From: an uncultured Eubacteriales bacterium
Lineage (GTDB): Bacteria; Bacillota; Clostridia; TANB77; RGIG9151
NCBI GenBank assembly: GCA_964475435.1
Contig: CAYYWT010000015.1
Coordinates: forward strand, 1 to 20,497
Direction: 5' to 3'
Length of the DNA stretch: 20,497 bases
Part shown: positions 1-8,350 of the stretch, piece after piece
Numbering within the stretch: position 1 is the first letter of the stretch
Layout: every line of letters starts with the position of its first letter
Translations under genes and position numbers: made by a program
The notes under the pieces: model-generated
Database searches by the model: none
What the model saw: only the letters and a program-made list of their open reading frames with translations
Told to the model about the DNA's origin: nothing

Positions 1-227
1 TCTTCCCATTCGAGGTTATAGACTTCTACTGTTCCACTACAATCATTACATACTCTGTCGTAGTAGGTTTTTACCTCATGAGAATTTTCGTTGTAATTTC
101 CGGTATACTCGCTGTGTGTATAATAGTCATTACAACTTAGATGTGAGCAATCTGCCAATACTTGAATTGTTCCAATGCGAGAAAAAAGTAGGGAAAAAGT
201 AAGTAGCATCGAGGTTGTACGTTTCAT
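1..227 (-). CDS. Small secreted Cys-rich protein, N-terminal part only (gene runs off the left window edge)
   Basis: Absent from the ORF track because it has no stop in the window. ATG at 227-225, with GAAAGGCAGG ending 7 nt upstream. My translation: MKRTTSMLLTFSLLFSRIGTIQVLADCSHLSCNDYYTHSEYTGNYNENSHEVKTYYDRVCNDCSGTVEVYNLEWE... The N-terminus looks like a signal peptide (VLA/D) and is followed by a Cys-rich region. The frame stays open to base 1. Confidence 0.5.
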   Translation of the reverse strand, partial: MKRTTSMLLTFSLLFSRIGTIQVLADCSHLSCNDYYTHSEYTGNYNENSHEVKTYYDRVCNDCSGTVEVYNLEWE

Positions 228-458
228 AATTGTACCTGCCTTTCAAAAATATGTTTGAAATACGTTTCTTCTGATAATTACCAGAAGATTTTTCAAAAAT
301 GTCAACCGTTTAAGTATACCACAACTATTTTTAAAATGGAAGGGGTTTCCTTAAAAAAGTAAATTTTTTTTACGCATTTACTTAAAAATAGCCAAACATC
401 ACGTTTTTTGAAATTTTAATCAGGTAAAATGGAATTTAATTACTTTTTGCACACGACG

Positions 459-491
459 AAAAAAGCTCGATACATTTTCTGTACCGAGCTT
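459..491 (-). terminator. Rho-independent terminator downstream of the PHP gene
   Basis: Minus-strand RNA forms AGCUCGGUAC / GUAUCGAGCU (10 bp, one G-U) with a 7-nt loop, followed by U6 (A-run 459-464 on the + strand). Confidence 0.7.
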
Positions 492-681
492 TTGAGTTAA
501 TTGCTAGATCATATTCTTATTCAAAATCTGATTCCCAGTCCGTGCTAATATATAGGTAAACCAGACTCTCTACAATCCATATGCTCATCTTGATACCATA
601 CTGGCCAAGTTCCATAATCAAAGAAAAACCATACTTTTTTCATTTTACAATACCATTGTTGCTGTTTTTCTTAATGAAGCA

Positions 682-1437
682 CTACGCCTTCCCACACAGA
701 ATTTTCTTTACAGCCCTTGCTCCTTTAACTTTAGTTCTAAATTCATTTGCAATTTCAAATTTTATATTCCCTTGCAATATTTGCTCCTTTATTTCAACTA
801 CTTTCGTATAATCCCCTAAAATATTTGAATAAACACTACCTATTTGTAAAGGATAATGAGCATCACTACCTTCTGTTACGTTTTTATTCAAATCCAAACT
901 TAATTTTTCTATTCTTTTTTTCATATCTTCTATGCCAAATTTAAACAAATCCGTAGCATTAATCTCTACTGCATCAAATTTATCAAAAACATTTTCATTA
1001 ATACTCGGAAATACATCAAACCTCCTATAAGGATGTGCTAATATTACAAGTGAAGATTTTGTATCTATAATATTTACAAGTTTTTCAATTGGTATAAAAG
1101 TGTAATTCCCATTTTTTAAAACACTATCAACATTGCTTTTTAATTTAAATATATTATCAATATTTGAAACAACAACCACATCAAACTTTTCTAAAGTTGT
1201 TATTTCTATTCCGGTAAAAACCTTCATACTATTTACTAAATAGTAATCATCTTCCTTGGTATAATTACTATTTATGTAATTATACGCTTCTTCAAAATTA
1301 TTCGCATGACAATGTTCAGAAATAACAAAAGCATCTATTGCTAATTCCTTACATTCTTCCGTATATTCATCCATATATTTTGAATCAAATTGAAAGGAAC
1401 TAGTTATTTTGGAATGTACGTGAAAATCAATTTTCAT
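682..1437 (-). CDS. PHP-domain metal-dependent phosphoesterase (histidinol-phosphatase-like fold)
   Basis: 251-aa ORF with ATG at 1437 and SD GGGGGAG 5 nt upstream. The PHP metal-ligand signature is present: N-terminal DFHVHS, then EHCH, ILAHPYR and GSDAHYP. Confidence 0.85.
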   Translation of the reverse strand: MKIDFHVHSKITSSFQFDSKYMDEYTEECKELAIDAFVISEHCHANNFEEAYNYINSNYTKEDDYYLVNSMKVFTGIEITTLEKFDVVVVSNIDNIFKLKSNVDSVLKNGNYTFIPIEKLVNIIDTKSSLVILAHPYRRFDVFPSINENVFDKFDAVEINATDLFKFGIEDMKKRIEKLSLDLNKNVTEGSDAHYPLQIGSVYSNILGDYTKVVEIKEQILQGNIKFEIANEFRTKVKGARAVKKILCGKA

Positions 1438-1461
1438 ATCTTCTCCCCCTTCATTATCATC

Positions 1462-1490
1462 ATTTTAGACTTTCTTTGCCAAGAAGTCAA
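1462..1490 (-). promoter_or_regulatory. Sigma-A type promoter for the PHP gene
   Basis: On the minus strand: TTGACT (1490-1485), a 17-nt spacer, then TAAAAT (1467-1462). It lies about 25 nt upstream of the SD. Confidence 0.55.
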
Positions 1491-1527
1491 TATTCCTAGC
1501 CTATTGTTTCTTTGAAATTTAGAGTGG

Positions 1528-1722
1528 TTAATATTTGTGAATAAACTCTAAAGGTAGTGTAATTACGAAGAATTCCCCGATAACATCAACTATTGCACTC
1601 GTTTCTCCACAGTCGTTACAAGCTCTGGTGCAAACAACATTTTTTATGTGAGTCGTTTCATACCAAGCGTAACTTGTTCTTACAAGTGTGTCTGTAGTTT
1701 GGCTACAACTGCATAAATATGT
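1528..1722 (-). pseudogene. Start-less, 5'-truncated remnant of a paralogue of the Cys-rich secreted protein at 1-227
   Basis: A 64-codon stop-to-stop frame with no ATG, GTG or TTG: TYLCSCSQTTDTLVRTSYAWYETTHIKNVVCTRACNDCGETSAIVDVIGEFFVITLPLEFIHKY*. It aligns with the 1-227 product over a T/S-H-x8-R-x-CNDC core. The signal-peptide region is missing. The nearby ATG (about 1736) is in another frame and stops after 20 codons. Confidence 0.4.
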
Positions 1723-1746
1723 TTACTTTTTCCAAAAAACATAATC

Positions 1747-3315
1747 TCATTGTTCATTTTTCAAAAATACAGCATCATTAATTTCATAATAAATATCATT
1801 TATTTTAGGACTAAGTTGACCTTCTAGATTTTTTACATAAAAAACAGTAGATGTTTCAAAATATAACCCCATTACAGGCAGTTTATCAACTAATATATTT
1901 TGCATTTTTTCAAAGTATTCAGCCTGCTTTCCTTCTAAAATTTCATGTTTAGCTAAATAAACATAATAATCATAATCTTCATCACTAAATCCAAATACAT
2001 TATTGGGCGAATTAGTTTCAAAATTATATAAAAATTCAGGATAATCAGAAATCGCCCAATCAGTTAACGCCATATCATAGTTATTATTATTCAAAATTTC
2101 ATTATATACACTAGCCGAATTACCTAGAATATTTATTTTTATACCAACTTTAGCCAAATCATTTTTTATATATTCCGCTTTATTGATTGCACCTTTTGAT
2201 TCTGTATTAATCAACAAACTAAACTCTAATTTTTCTCCTTCTTTACTGCGGATAGAGTTTTTTTCAATCCATCCGGAATTTGTAAGTAAATCTTGAGCTC
2301 TTTCAGGATTAAAAGCATATTTTTTTAACTCTTTCGAATAAAGATATGAATTAGGGTTAAACGGTATATCCGAATAAACGCCATATCCGTTTAATTCCTT
2401 TTCTATTATATAATCTCTATTTATTGCTAAAATCATAGCTTGGCGTAAAATACTATCTTTTAATGTTTCATTTTGCGGATTAAAAGTAATCCCCTCAAAA
2501 ACACCGGTAACATATTTGGAACTACTATATGCACTTCTTCCATACGCACCAACTTCTGTATTAGTATCAGCTATATCTATTTCTCCAAGCTTTAACAAAT
2601 CAAATCCCGGTCTTGTTTTAGCAACAATTTTCACATCAATGTCTTTAATATTTCCGCTCGAATTTAAATAATATTTTTCATTATATTTTAATGTAATAAG
2701 CTCCTCACTTTTAGAAATTACTTTATACGGTCCGGTTCCAACATAACGATTCTCAGTAGTAAAATCAGATTTTTGGTAATAATTTTTACACAAAATAGGG
2801 AAATCCATTTTCTCAGGTAAAAAATTATCATAATCATTTAATTCAATTTTTATTTCATATTCATTTATTTTTTGAATATTTTTTATATTTTGAACATTGT
2901 ACATATAATAAGATTGTTCGCCAAGTTCTTTAATCTTATCTACTGTAAATAAAACATCATTAGCAGTAAACCTATCTCCGTTGTGAAAATACACATCATC
3001 ACGTAATGTAATTTTCCAATTTAAATTATCATCAGTAACAATTAATTTTGCTAACCTCGGCTCAGCCTTTAATTCGTTATTTTTCTTGGTAAGTCCTTCA
3101 AAAATAAGATTACACACCTCGTGTACATATTTATTTTTAGAAACAAGCGATAAATAATAATCTGGCTCAATCATTAAAATACTAATTTTCTCATCCGCCT
3201 GTTCTATATTTTCCTTTATTTCAGGTTCGGTATCATTCTTGTTAATAAACCAAAAAGTCAATCCACTTATACTAATAAATATAATTAATGATAAAACTAT
3301 AAACCTAGCTTTCAT
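1747..3315 (-). CDS. ABC transporter substrate-binding protein, family 5 (peptide/nickel/opine type), membrane-anchored, orphan
   Basis: The ORF-track start at 3333 is TTG. The ATG at 3315 has AAAGGAAA 7 nt upstream and gives MKARFIVLSLIIFISISGLTFWF, a TM anchor with no lipobox Cys. Size is about 520 aa, and the block ...WKITLRDDVYFHNGDRFTANDVLFTVDKI... is typical of SBP_bac_5. No permease or ATPase genes are adjacent. Confidence 0.85.
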   Translation of the reverse strand: MKARFIVLSLIIFISISGLTFWFINKNDTEPEIKENIEQADEKISILMIEPDYYLSLVSKNKYVHEVCNLIFEGLTKKNNELKAEPRLAKLIVTDDNLNWKITLRDDVYFHNGDRFTANDVLFTVDKIKELGEQSYYMYNVQNIKNIQKINEYEIKIELNDYDNFLPEKMDFPILCKNYYQKSDFTTENRYVGTGPYKVISKSEELITLKYNEKYYLNSSGNIKDIDVKIVAKTRPGFDLLKLGEIDIADTNTEVGAYGRSAYSSSKYVTGVFEGITFNPQNETLKDSILRQAMILAINRDYIIEKELNGYGVYSDIPFNPNSYLYSKELKKYAFNPERAQDLLTNSGWIEKNSIRSKEGEKLEFSLLINTESKGAINKAEYIKNDLAKVGIKINILGNSASVYNEILNNNNYDMALTDWAISDYPEFLYNFETNSPNNVFGFSDEDYDYYVYLAKHEILEGKQAEYFEKMQNILVDKLPVMGLYFETSTVFYVKNLEGQLSPKINDIYYEINDAVFLKNEQ

Positions 3316-3349
3316 ACAAACATTTCCTTTCAATTTAAGTTACCATTAA

Positions 3350-3378
3350 ATAATATAATTTATACGCAAAAATTTCAA
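3350..3378 (-). promoter_or_regulatory. Candidate promoter for the solute-binding protein gene
   Basis: Minus strand: TTGAAA (3378-3373), a 17-nt spacer, then TATTAT (3355-3350). The background is AT-rich, so a chance match is possible. Confidence 0.4.
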
Positions 3379-3405
3379 CACTATTAATAATTTAAAACAA
3401 AAAAG

Positions 3406-3461
3406 GTTACTGGTCACTCTACTTGTTTTAAAAAGATAAATAATTAAGTCTGAATAGTAAC
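3406..3461. repeat. 56-bp internally deleted copy of the MITE-like element found at 12767-12938 (inverted relative to it)
   Basis: The reverse complement, gttactattcagacttaattatttatc|tttttaaaacaagtagagtgaccagtaac, matches the two ends of the 172-bp element (23/27 and 26/29 identities). Termini are GTTACnnnTCA. It is flanked by caaaaaag (3398-3405) and aaaaaaag (3462-3469). Confidence 0.55.
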
Positions 3462-3515
3462 AAAAAAAGAGCTGTAAAAAACTCATAAATTCCATAAACG
3501 AGTTTTTTACAGCTC
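3462..3515 (-). terminator. Rho-independent terminator ending the efflux operon / zinc-ribbon gene
   Basis: A perfect 16-bp stem, GAGCUGUAAAAAACUC / GAGUUUUUUACAGCUC (3469-3484 with 3500-3515), followed on the minus strand by U7 (A-run 3462-3468). Confidence 0.85.
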
Positions 3516-3525
3516 CATCTTTTCC

Positions 3526-3969
3526 CTATTTCAAAATCTTAAACTTCCCTACAACAGGTAAATCCTTCATTTCTCCCTTTGCCGCACTTACAATTCCGAG
3601 AATTTCATATACAAACGCTACAAGGCTAAGAATAGAAGAAAGTAACTCTCCAATCATTCCCATAAACGGTATTGTACTTATAACACCACAAATCAGTCCT
3701 AAAATAACAGTCGCTAAAAATATAACCAACCCTTGGTTAGCGTGATATCTAGCAAATTTAGATTTAGTCGACATAAGTATCGGAACAATAAATAAAATTC
3801 CTATATACGAAATTATTCCTAACGCTCTATTTTTTTCCGTATCAGCTTTGTCAGCTCCCAAGACTTCACCGGTAAAAACCCCCGAATTTACGTCAATAGC
3901 AGCACCACAAGATTGACAAAATTTAGCATTTTCTTCTAATTCTGCTCCACATTTTTCACAAAATTTCAT
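3526..3969 (-). CDS. Zinc-ribbon domain membrane protein (DUF4870-like C-terminus)
   Basis: 147 aa with ATG at 3969 and SD AAGGAGG. The N-terminus has CxxC-x12-CxxC (MKFCEKCGAELEENAKFCQSCGA). It is followed by three hydrophobic segments and a YHANQGL motif. Confidence 0.8.
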   Translation of the reverse strand: MKFCEKCGAELEENAKFCQSCGAAIDVNSGVFTGEVLGADKADTEKNRALGIISYIGILFIVPILMSTKSKFARYHANQGLVIFLATVILGLICGVISTIPFMGMIGELLSSILSLVAFVYEILGIVSAAKGEMKDLPVVGKFKILK

Positions 3970-4038
3970 AAAGAAACCTCCTTACCTCTTCATCCATCAC
4001 AAGATTAACATATCAGGTAAAAAAACGCAATATTTTTA

Positions 4039-5166
4039 CTATAAATTTCCTACTATATCCCCAACTTTAATTGCAATACTAAATCTATCATTTAATAAAA
4101 TACCCTCTTTAACTTTTCCTTTATATGTACTCTCAGCATTCATCAAAGCAAGTTCAGAGCCTAAGTAAGAATTTTTAGAAATTAGTCCGACATCATACAT
4201 AACTTTAGATTGTTCAAATTGAATTTTAGCTCTTTCCAATTCTTCTGATGCAATTTTTATTTCATTTTCCTTATCCTTAACTTGATTATACAAAATTCTT
4301 AAATTCTCTTTAACAGAATTTATCTCATTATTTAATCTAAATTCCGCATCACTAAAATTATCTTTTGCTTTTTTCTTATCGTCTTTTAACATAAAACTAG
4401 TTTTGGTAGCTAAAATGTATTGATTTTCTTTTTGTCTATATTGCATCTTTGAAGATAAAACCGAAGTGTTTGTTTCTAACGAATCTTCAATCGTTTTATC
4501 CAAATCTTCAACTGTAAGTTCAGTAGTTATATATTCCGGTCTTTCCAATATTAATTCACTCGAAACATCTAGCCCCATAACTTGTTTTAACGAAATCTTT
4601 AAGCTTTCCAAACTCTTTTTAACAGTTTCAAGTTGTAAACGTGAAGTTTCTAATGAAGATTTGGCACTTTCTAAATCAGTTTTAGTAATCATATTAAGAC
4701 TAAATTTAACTTCGGCAATCTTAACATCATTTTCTTGTTTTTCAATCGTTTTTGTAAGCAATTCAATAGTATCTTCCAATTCAAAAACACTATATATCAT
4801 ATTTTTTACAGAATATTCTACTCCTAACTTTGTACCCTCTTTACCAGATAGAAAGCTATTATATTGTAATTTGGAAAGTTCTAACATATATCCCCAACAA
4901 GTAAGATATTCATTTTCATCTTCATAAGAATATCCTCCACTTCTAACTTTATTTTGCCACTTCCTATAATCATCTTTAGCATCGTCGTACGCTTCTTTTT
5001 GATCCTTAGACGTTCTTTCTAAATCAATAATCGACGAGTTGTGACTCAATGCATAACTTATGGCATCATCTAAATTCATAGCTTTATTTTCAACAGTAAC
5101 TTCTTCAGCAATACAAACCGAACAAACTAAACTCACAGCTGTAACAAAACTCAAAAATCTTTTCAT
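4039..5166 (-). CDS. TolC-like outer-membrane-efflux-protein (OEP) family protein
   Basis: 375 aa with SD GGAGGAAAGG. It has a signal peptide (MKRFLSFVTAVSLVCSVCIA/EE) and long heptad-like, coiled-coil-rich sequence in two halves. It is the last component of the HlyD/MacB-type operon. The assignment rests on context plus composition and is less certain than for the other operon members. Confidence 0.65.
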   Translation of the reverse strand: MKRFLSFVTAVSLVCSVCIAEEVTVENKAMNLDDAISYALSHNSSIIDLERTSKDQKEAYDDAKDDYRKWQNKVRSGGYSYEDENEYLTCWGYMLELSKLQYNSFLSGKEGTKLGVEYSVKNMIYSVFELEDTIELLTKTIEKQENDVKIAEVKFSLNMITKTDLESAKSSLETSRLQLETVKKSLESLKISLKQVMGLDVSSELILERPEYITTELTVEDLDKTIEDSLETNTSVLSSKMQYRQKENQYILATKTSFMLKDDKKKAKDNFSDAEFRLNNEINSVKENLRILYNQVKDKENEIKIASEELERAKIQFEQSKVMYDVGLISKNSYLGSELALMNAESTYKGKVKEGILLNDRFSIAIKVGDIVGNL

Positions 5167-5184
5167 AAAACCTTTCCTCCTTTT

Positions 5185-6411
5185 CTATTCATATCTCAAA
5201 GACTCAATTGGATCCAAATCAGCAGCTTTCTTCGCAGGATAAACTCCGAAAAATACTCCACAAAGTATTGCAACACCAATTGAAACTAAAATTATCGACG
5301 GAGAAACAAGCTCAGACGGAGTACAATTTGCAATTGTAGCAAGCGGGAAACAAGGTATAATTCCGATAATAATTCCAACAATTCCACTCATCGCTGTAAG
5401 TAATACTGCCTCAACCAAAAACTGAATAATTATATCTTTCTTTTGTGCTCCTATAGCCTTTCTTATTCCTATTTCTCGCGTTCTCTCGGTAACAGCAACC
5501 AACATAATATTCATAATTCCAATTCCACCTACAATAAGCGAAATCGCACCAATCGCTAAAATTGCGATTTGGATAACATTTATAACATCATTTACTGTGT
5601 CTTGAATTTGTTGCGAACTGGTAAAAGTATACTTATCTTCGGTATTATGTAATAATTCCAAATATTTCTTTGCCTTATCAGCTACATCTTTAGAGTCAGC
5701 ATCTTTTGGAAAAACTATTTCCAATTGATCAATTGTATTCGTTTGATAAAAATTCTGGTAAGTAGTAAAAGGAATTACCAACATTCCCGGAATATTATCC
5801 GACATTTCATCAGTCGTCATATCCATTCCTATATCAAAATCAATAGTGCCAACAATAGTAAGCGTTTTACTACCATAATCTTCATCTTGTATAACTACTT
5901 TTTTACCTATCGGATTAAAATTTCCGAATAATCCTTTAACACACATATCAGGAATAACCGCAACATTAGCAGCACAATCAACATCGTTTTGTGTAATTAA
6001 TCTTCCACCGGTTAAATCCATCGGACGGTTTTCAAATATTTCCGGCAATACGCCCATAATTACTCCGTATCTCGATTCATCGCCGTAATTTACATATGTA
6101 CTACCGGTTTTATTAGAACCATAATACTGAACATCAGTCGCTTCAGGTATATTTTCCCTTAAATATTCAACATCTTTTTCCGTAAACTTATCTGAATCTT
6201 CAATGCTCTCAGTTGCTGAAGTCGAAATACTTATAATATTAGCACCCAATTTCCCGAACAAGCCGTTAATATAGGCTTTTCCCGCATTACCTGCTGAAAA
6301 AATTATAATAACAGATGAAACACCTATAACAACACCGAGCATCGTAAGAAAAGTACGCATTTTATTAGACTTTATACTATCTATTGCCTGAGAAAAAACT
6401 TCAAAGAACAA
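5185..6411 (-). CDS. ABC transporter permease, MacB/FtsX type (MacB periplasmic core domain plus FtsX TM bundle)
   Basis: 408 aa. The N-terminus ...AIDSIKSNKMRTFLTMLGVVIGV is the canonical MacB TM1, followed by a large extracytoplasmic domain and a C-terminal FtsX-like region ending in three TM segments (...GVYPAKKAADLDPIESLRYE). The start codon is TTG (6411-6409). Confidence 0.9.
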   Translation of the reverse strand: MFFEVFSQAIDSIKSNKMRTFLTMLGVVIGVSSVIIIFSAGNAGKAYINGLFGKLGANIISISTSATESIEDSDKFTEKDVEYLRENIPEATDVQYYGSNKTGSTYVNYGDESRYGVIMGVLPEIFENRPMDLTGGRLITQNDVDCAANVAVIPDMCVKGLFGNFNPIGKKVVIQDEDYGSKTLTIVGTIDFDIGMDMTTDEMSDNIPGMLVIPFTTYQNFYQTNTIDQLEIVFPKDADSKDVADKAKKYLELLHNTEDKYTFTSSQQIQDTVNDVINVIQIAILAIGAISLIVGGIGIMNIMLVAVTERTREIGIRKAIGAQKKDIIIQFLVEAVLLTAMSGIVGIIIGIIPCFPLATIANCTPSELVSPSIILVSIGVAILCGVFFGVYPAKKAADLDPIESLRYE

Positions 6412-6420
6412 CTATATCAT

Positions 6421-7635
6421 CTACCTTTCTTCTGTAACTTTTAAGCCATCAACATATGAAGATTTTATCGTTTTTACGATTTTATCTCCTTCATTAATAC
6501 CGGACTTAACTTCAAGATAATCATCAGAATGAATACCTGTTTCTATATTAATTTTCTTTAGTTGACCATTCTCAACCTTATATACAGAAATATTTCCTTC
6601 CTTATCTTCATTAAAACTCGAAACAGGAATAGTCATAACATCTTCGCTATTAGCTGAAACTACATCACAAGTAACATTTAATCCGCTCTTTAATAAAGTA
6701 TCTTCACTATCTACATCAACGATAACTTCAATCGTAGTTTGAGAACTCGTATAACTCGTTACAGTAGACGCAATTGGAGCAATACTCTTAATATGCCCTT
6801 CATAAGTATAACCATCAAAAGCATCACCGGTTATATATACCTTTTGACCTACCTCTAAATTCTTTACAGTAAACTCTTTAACTGCACATTTTATTTCTAA
6901 GTTATTATTATTAACAACCTTATAAATCGGCATAGTAGTAGCCGCATAAGCACCTTCAGACATATTTATGGAACTTACTATACCATCAGCCGGACTATAC
7001 ATAGCAGTATTCAATTTAGAAATTTGCTTTTCAAACTCTTTAATATTAATATTTGCAAGTTCAATATTCTTCTTCAAAGTATCAATGTCATATGTAATAC
7101 CTGTTTCAGACAAAGTAAGTCCTGCTTTAGCATTTTCATAAGCAGTCTTAGCATTATCGTACTCAACCTTAGATATAGCACCAACTTCATATAAAGCTTC
7201 AGCTCTCTCGTAAGCATCTTTTGCAGATTGAGTAGAGTTAGCAGTAGTAACTAAAGACAACATACCGTTTTCATCACTAATCGTAGCCTTTTTATAATTT
7301 AATTCTAAAATTTCTTTATTAAGCTTTAAAGTATCCAAATTAGAATACATAGAATCCATATCAAATTCTACAATTTTTTGGCCCTTTTTAACTTCATCAT
7401 TTTCATCGACTAAAATTTCTTTAACTTTAACATTAGTCTCTATGTAAACATTATTTTCATCTTTTTCTTTAACATTACCAGAAATAGAAACTAAAGATTC
7501 TACATTTCCTCTTGTAACTGCTACCGTTTCAACAGTAGGTAATACATTCCCTTTACTTCCGCCAATAAATAAACAAACTATAACCAATACAACCACTGCA
7601 ATAAAAATATATCTTTTCTTTAACTTAAACTTCAT
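6421..7635 (-). CDS. HlyD/MacA-family efflux periplasmic adaptor subunit
   Basis: 404 aa with an N-terminal TM anchor (YIFIAVVVLVIVCLFIGG), a coiled-coil hairpin region and a C-terminal beta-barrel-like region. Its ATG overlaps the stop of the upstream ATPase gene (TAATG at 7637-7633), which implies translational coupling. Confidence 0.9.
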   Translation of the reverse strand: MKFKLKKRYIFIAVVVLVIVCLFIGGSKGNVLPTVETVAVTRGNVESLVSISGNVKEKDENNVYIETNVKVKEILVDENDEVKKGQKIVEFDMDSMYSNLDTLKLNKEILELNYKKATISDENGMLSLVTTANSTQSAKDAYERAEALYEVGAISKVEYDNAKTAYENAKAGLTLSETGITYDIDTLKKNIELANINIKEFEKQISKLNTAMYSPADGIVSSINMSEGAYAATTMPIYKVVNNNNLEIKCAVKEFTVKNLEVGQKVYITGDAFDGYTYEGHIKSIAPIASTVTSYTSSQTTIEVIVDVDSEDTLLKSGLNVTCDVVSANSEDVMTIPVSSFNEDKEGNISVYKVENGQLKKINIETGIHSDDYLEVKSGINEGDKIVKTIKSSYVDGLKVTEER

Positions 7636-8336
7636 TATAAAGTCCTCCTATTCTTATTAATTTCATCTGAAATAATATTTCCATCTTTAAACACAACAAT
7701 CCTTTTAGCAAATGCTGCTATATCCGGTTCGTGAGTAACCAAAACTATTGTTACCCCTTCATTATTAAGTTGCGTAAAAAACGCCATTATTTCATCTCCA
7801 ACCTTACTATCTAAGTTTCCGGTAGGCTCATCCGCCAAAATCATTTTCGGTTCATTAACCAAAGACCTGGCAATGGCAACCCTTTGTCTTTGACCACCCG
7901 AAATTTCATTCGGTTTATGATCTAGCCTTTCTCCTAAACCAACACGCTCTAAAGCAATTTCAGCACGTCTTTTCCTCTCACTTCTACTAACACCTGCATA
8001 CATCATAGGTAATTCAACATTTTTTAAAATATCTATCTTAGGTAATAAATTAAACGACTGAAACACGAACCCTATTTTTTTATTTCTAATCGTCGCAAGT
8101 TCACTAGAGTTCATCTTAGAAACATCTATTCCGTCCAATTCATATTTACCATAAGATACAGTATCAAGGCATCCCAAAATATTCATAAATGTAGACTTAC
8201 CCGAACCGCTCGCACCCATAATAGCAACAAATTCATTTTCTTGGACATCAAAATTAATTCCTTTTAACGCCTCAACTTGAATTTTACCGGTATCATAAAT
8301 TTTTCGTAGATTTTCTACATGAATTATATTTTTCAT
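7635..8336 (-). CDS. ABC transporter ATP-binding protein, MacB/LolD-like
   Basis: 233 aa. Motifs present: Walker [11 protein letters not shown]-loop, signature [15 protein letters not shown], Walker [13 protein letters not shown] and H-loop VTHE. Confidence 0.95.
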   Translation of the reverse strand: MKNIIHVENLRKIYDTGKIQVEALKGINFDVQENEFVAIMGASGSGKSTFMNILGCLDTVSYGKYELDGIDVSKMNSSELATIRNKKIGFVFQSFNLLPKIDILKNVELPMMYAGVSRSERKRRAEIALERVGLGERLDHKPNEISGGQRQRVAIARSLVNEPKMILADEPTGNLDSKVGDEIMAFFTQLNNEGVTIVLVTHEPDIAAFAKRIVVFKDGNIISDEINKNRRTL

Positions 8337-8350
8337 TTCATCCCAGCTTT

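Noticed and set aside
581-944. Plus-strand ORFs 581-811 and 747-944
   Set aside because: They run antisense to the PHP gene and its 3' region. They have low-complexity F/L/I-rich translations typical of the reverse strand of AT-rich coding sequence, no SD, and no recognisable motif.
4466-5242. Plus-strand ORFs 4466-4927 and 5060-5242
   Set aside because: They lie entirely antisense to the TolC-like and permease genes. Their Ser/Leu-rich shadow translations have no SD.
5725-5931. Plus-strand ORF 5725-5931
   Set aside because: Antisense shadow inside the MacB permease gene.
6409-6423. In-frame ATG-ATA-TAG immediately upstream of the permease TTG start, considered as a nonsense-interrupted start (pseudogene) or a read-through site
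   Set aside because: The TTG at 6411 already yields a full-length MacB-type N-terminus (helix ...AIDSIKSNKMRTFLTMLGV...). The rest of the 408-aa frame is intact. A TTG start reached by coupling from the HlyD stop is the simpler explanation. It is only worth revisiting if proteomics shows a longer N-terminus.
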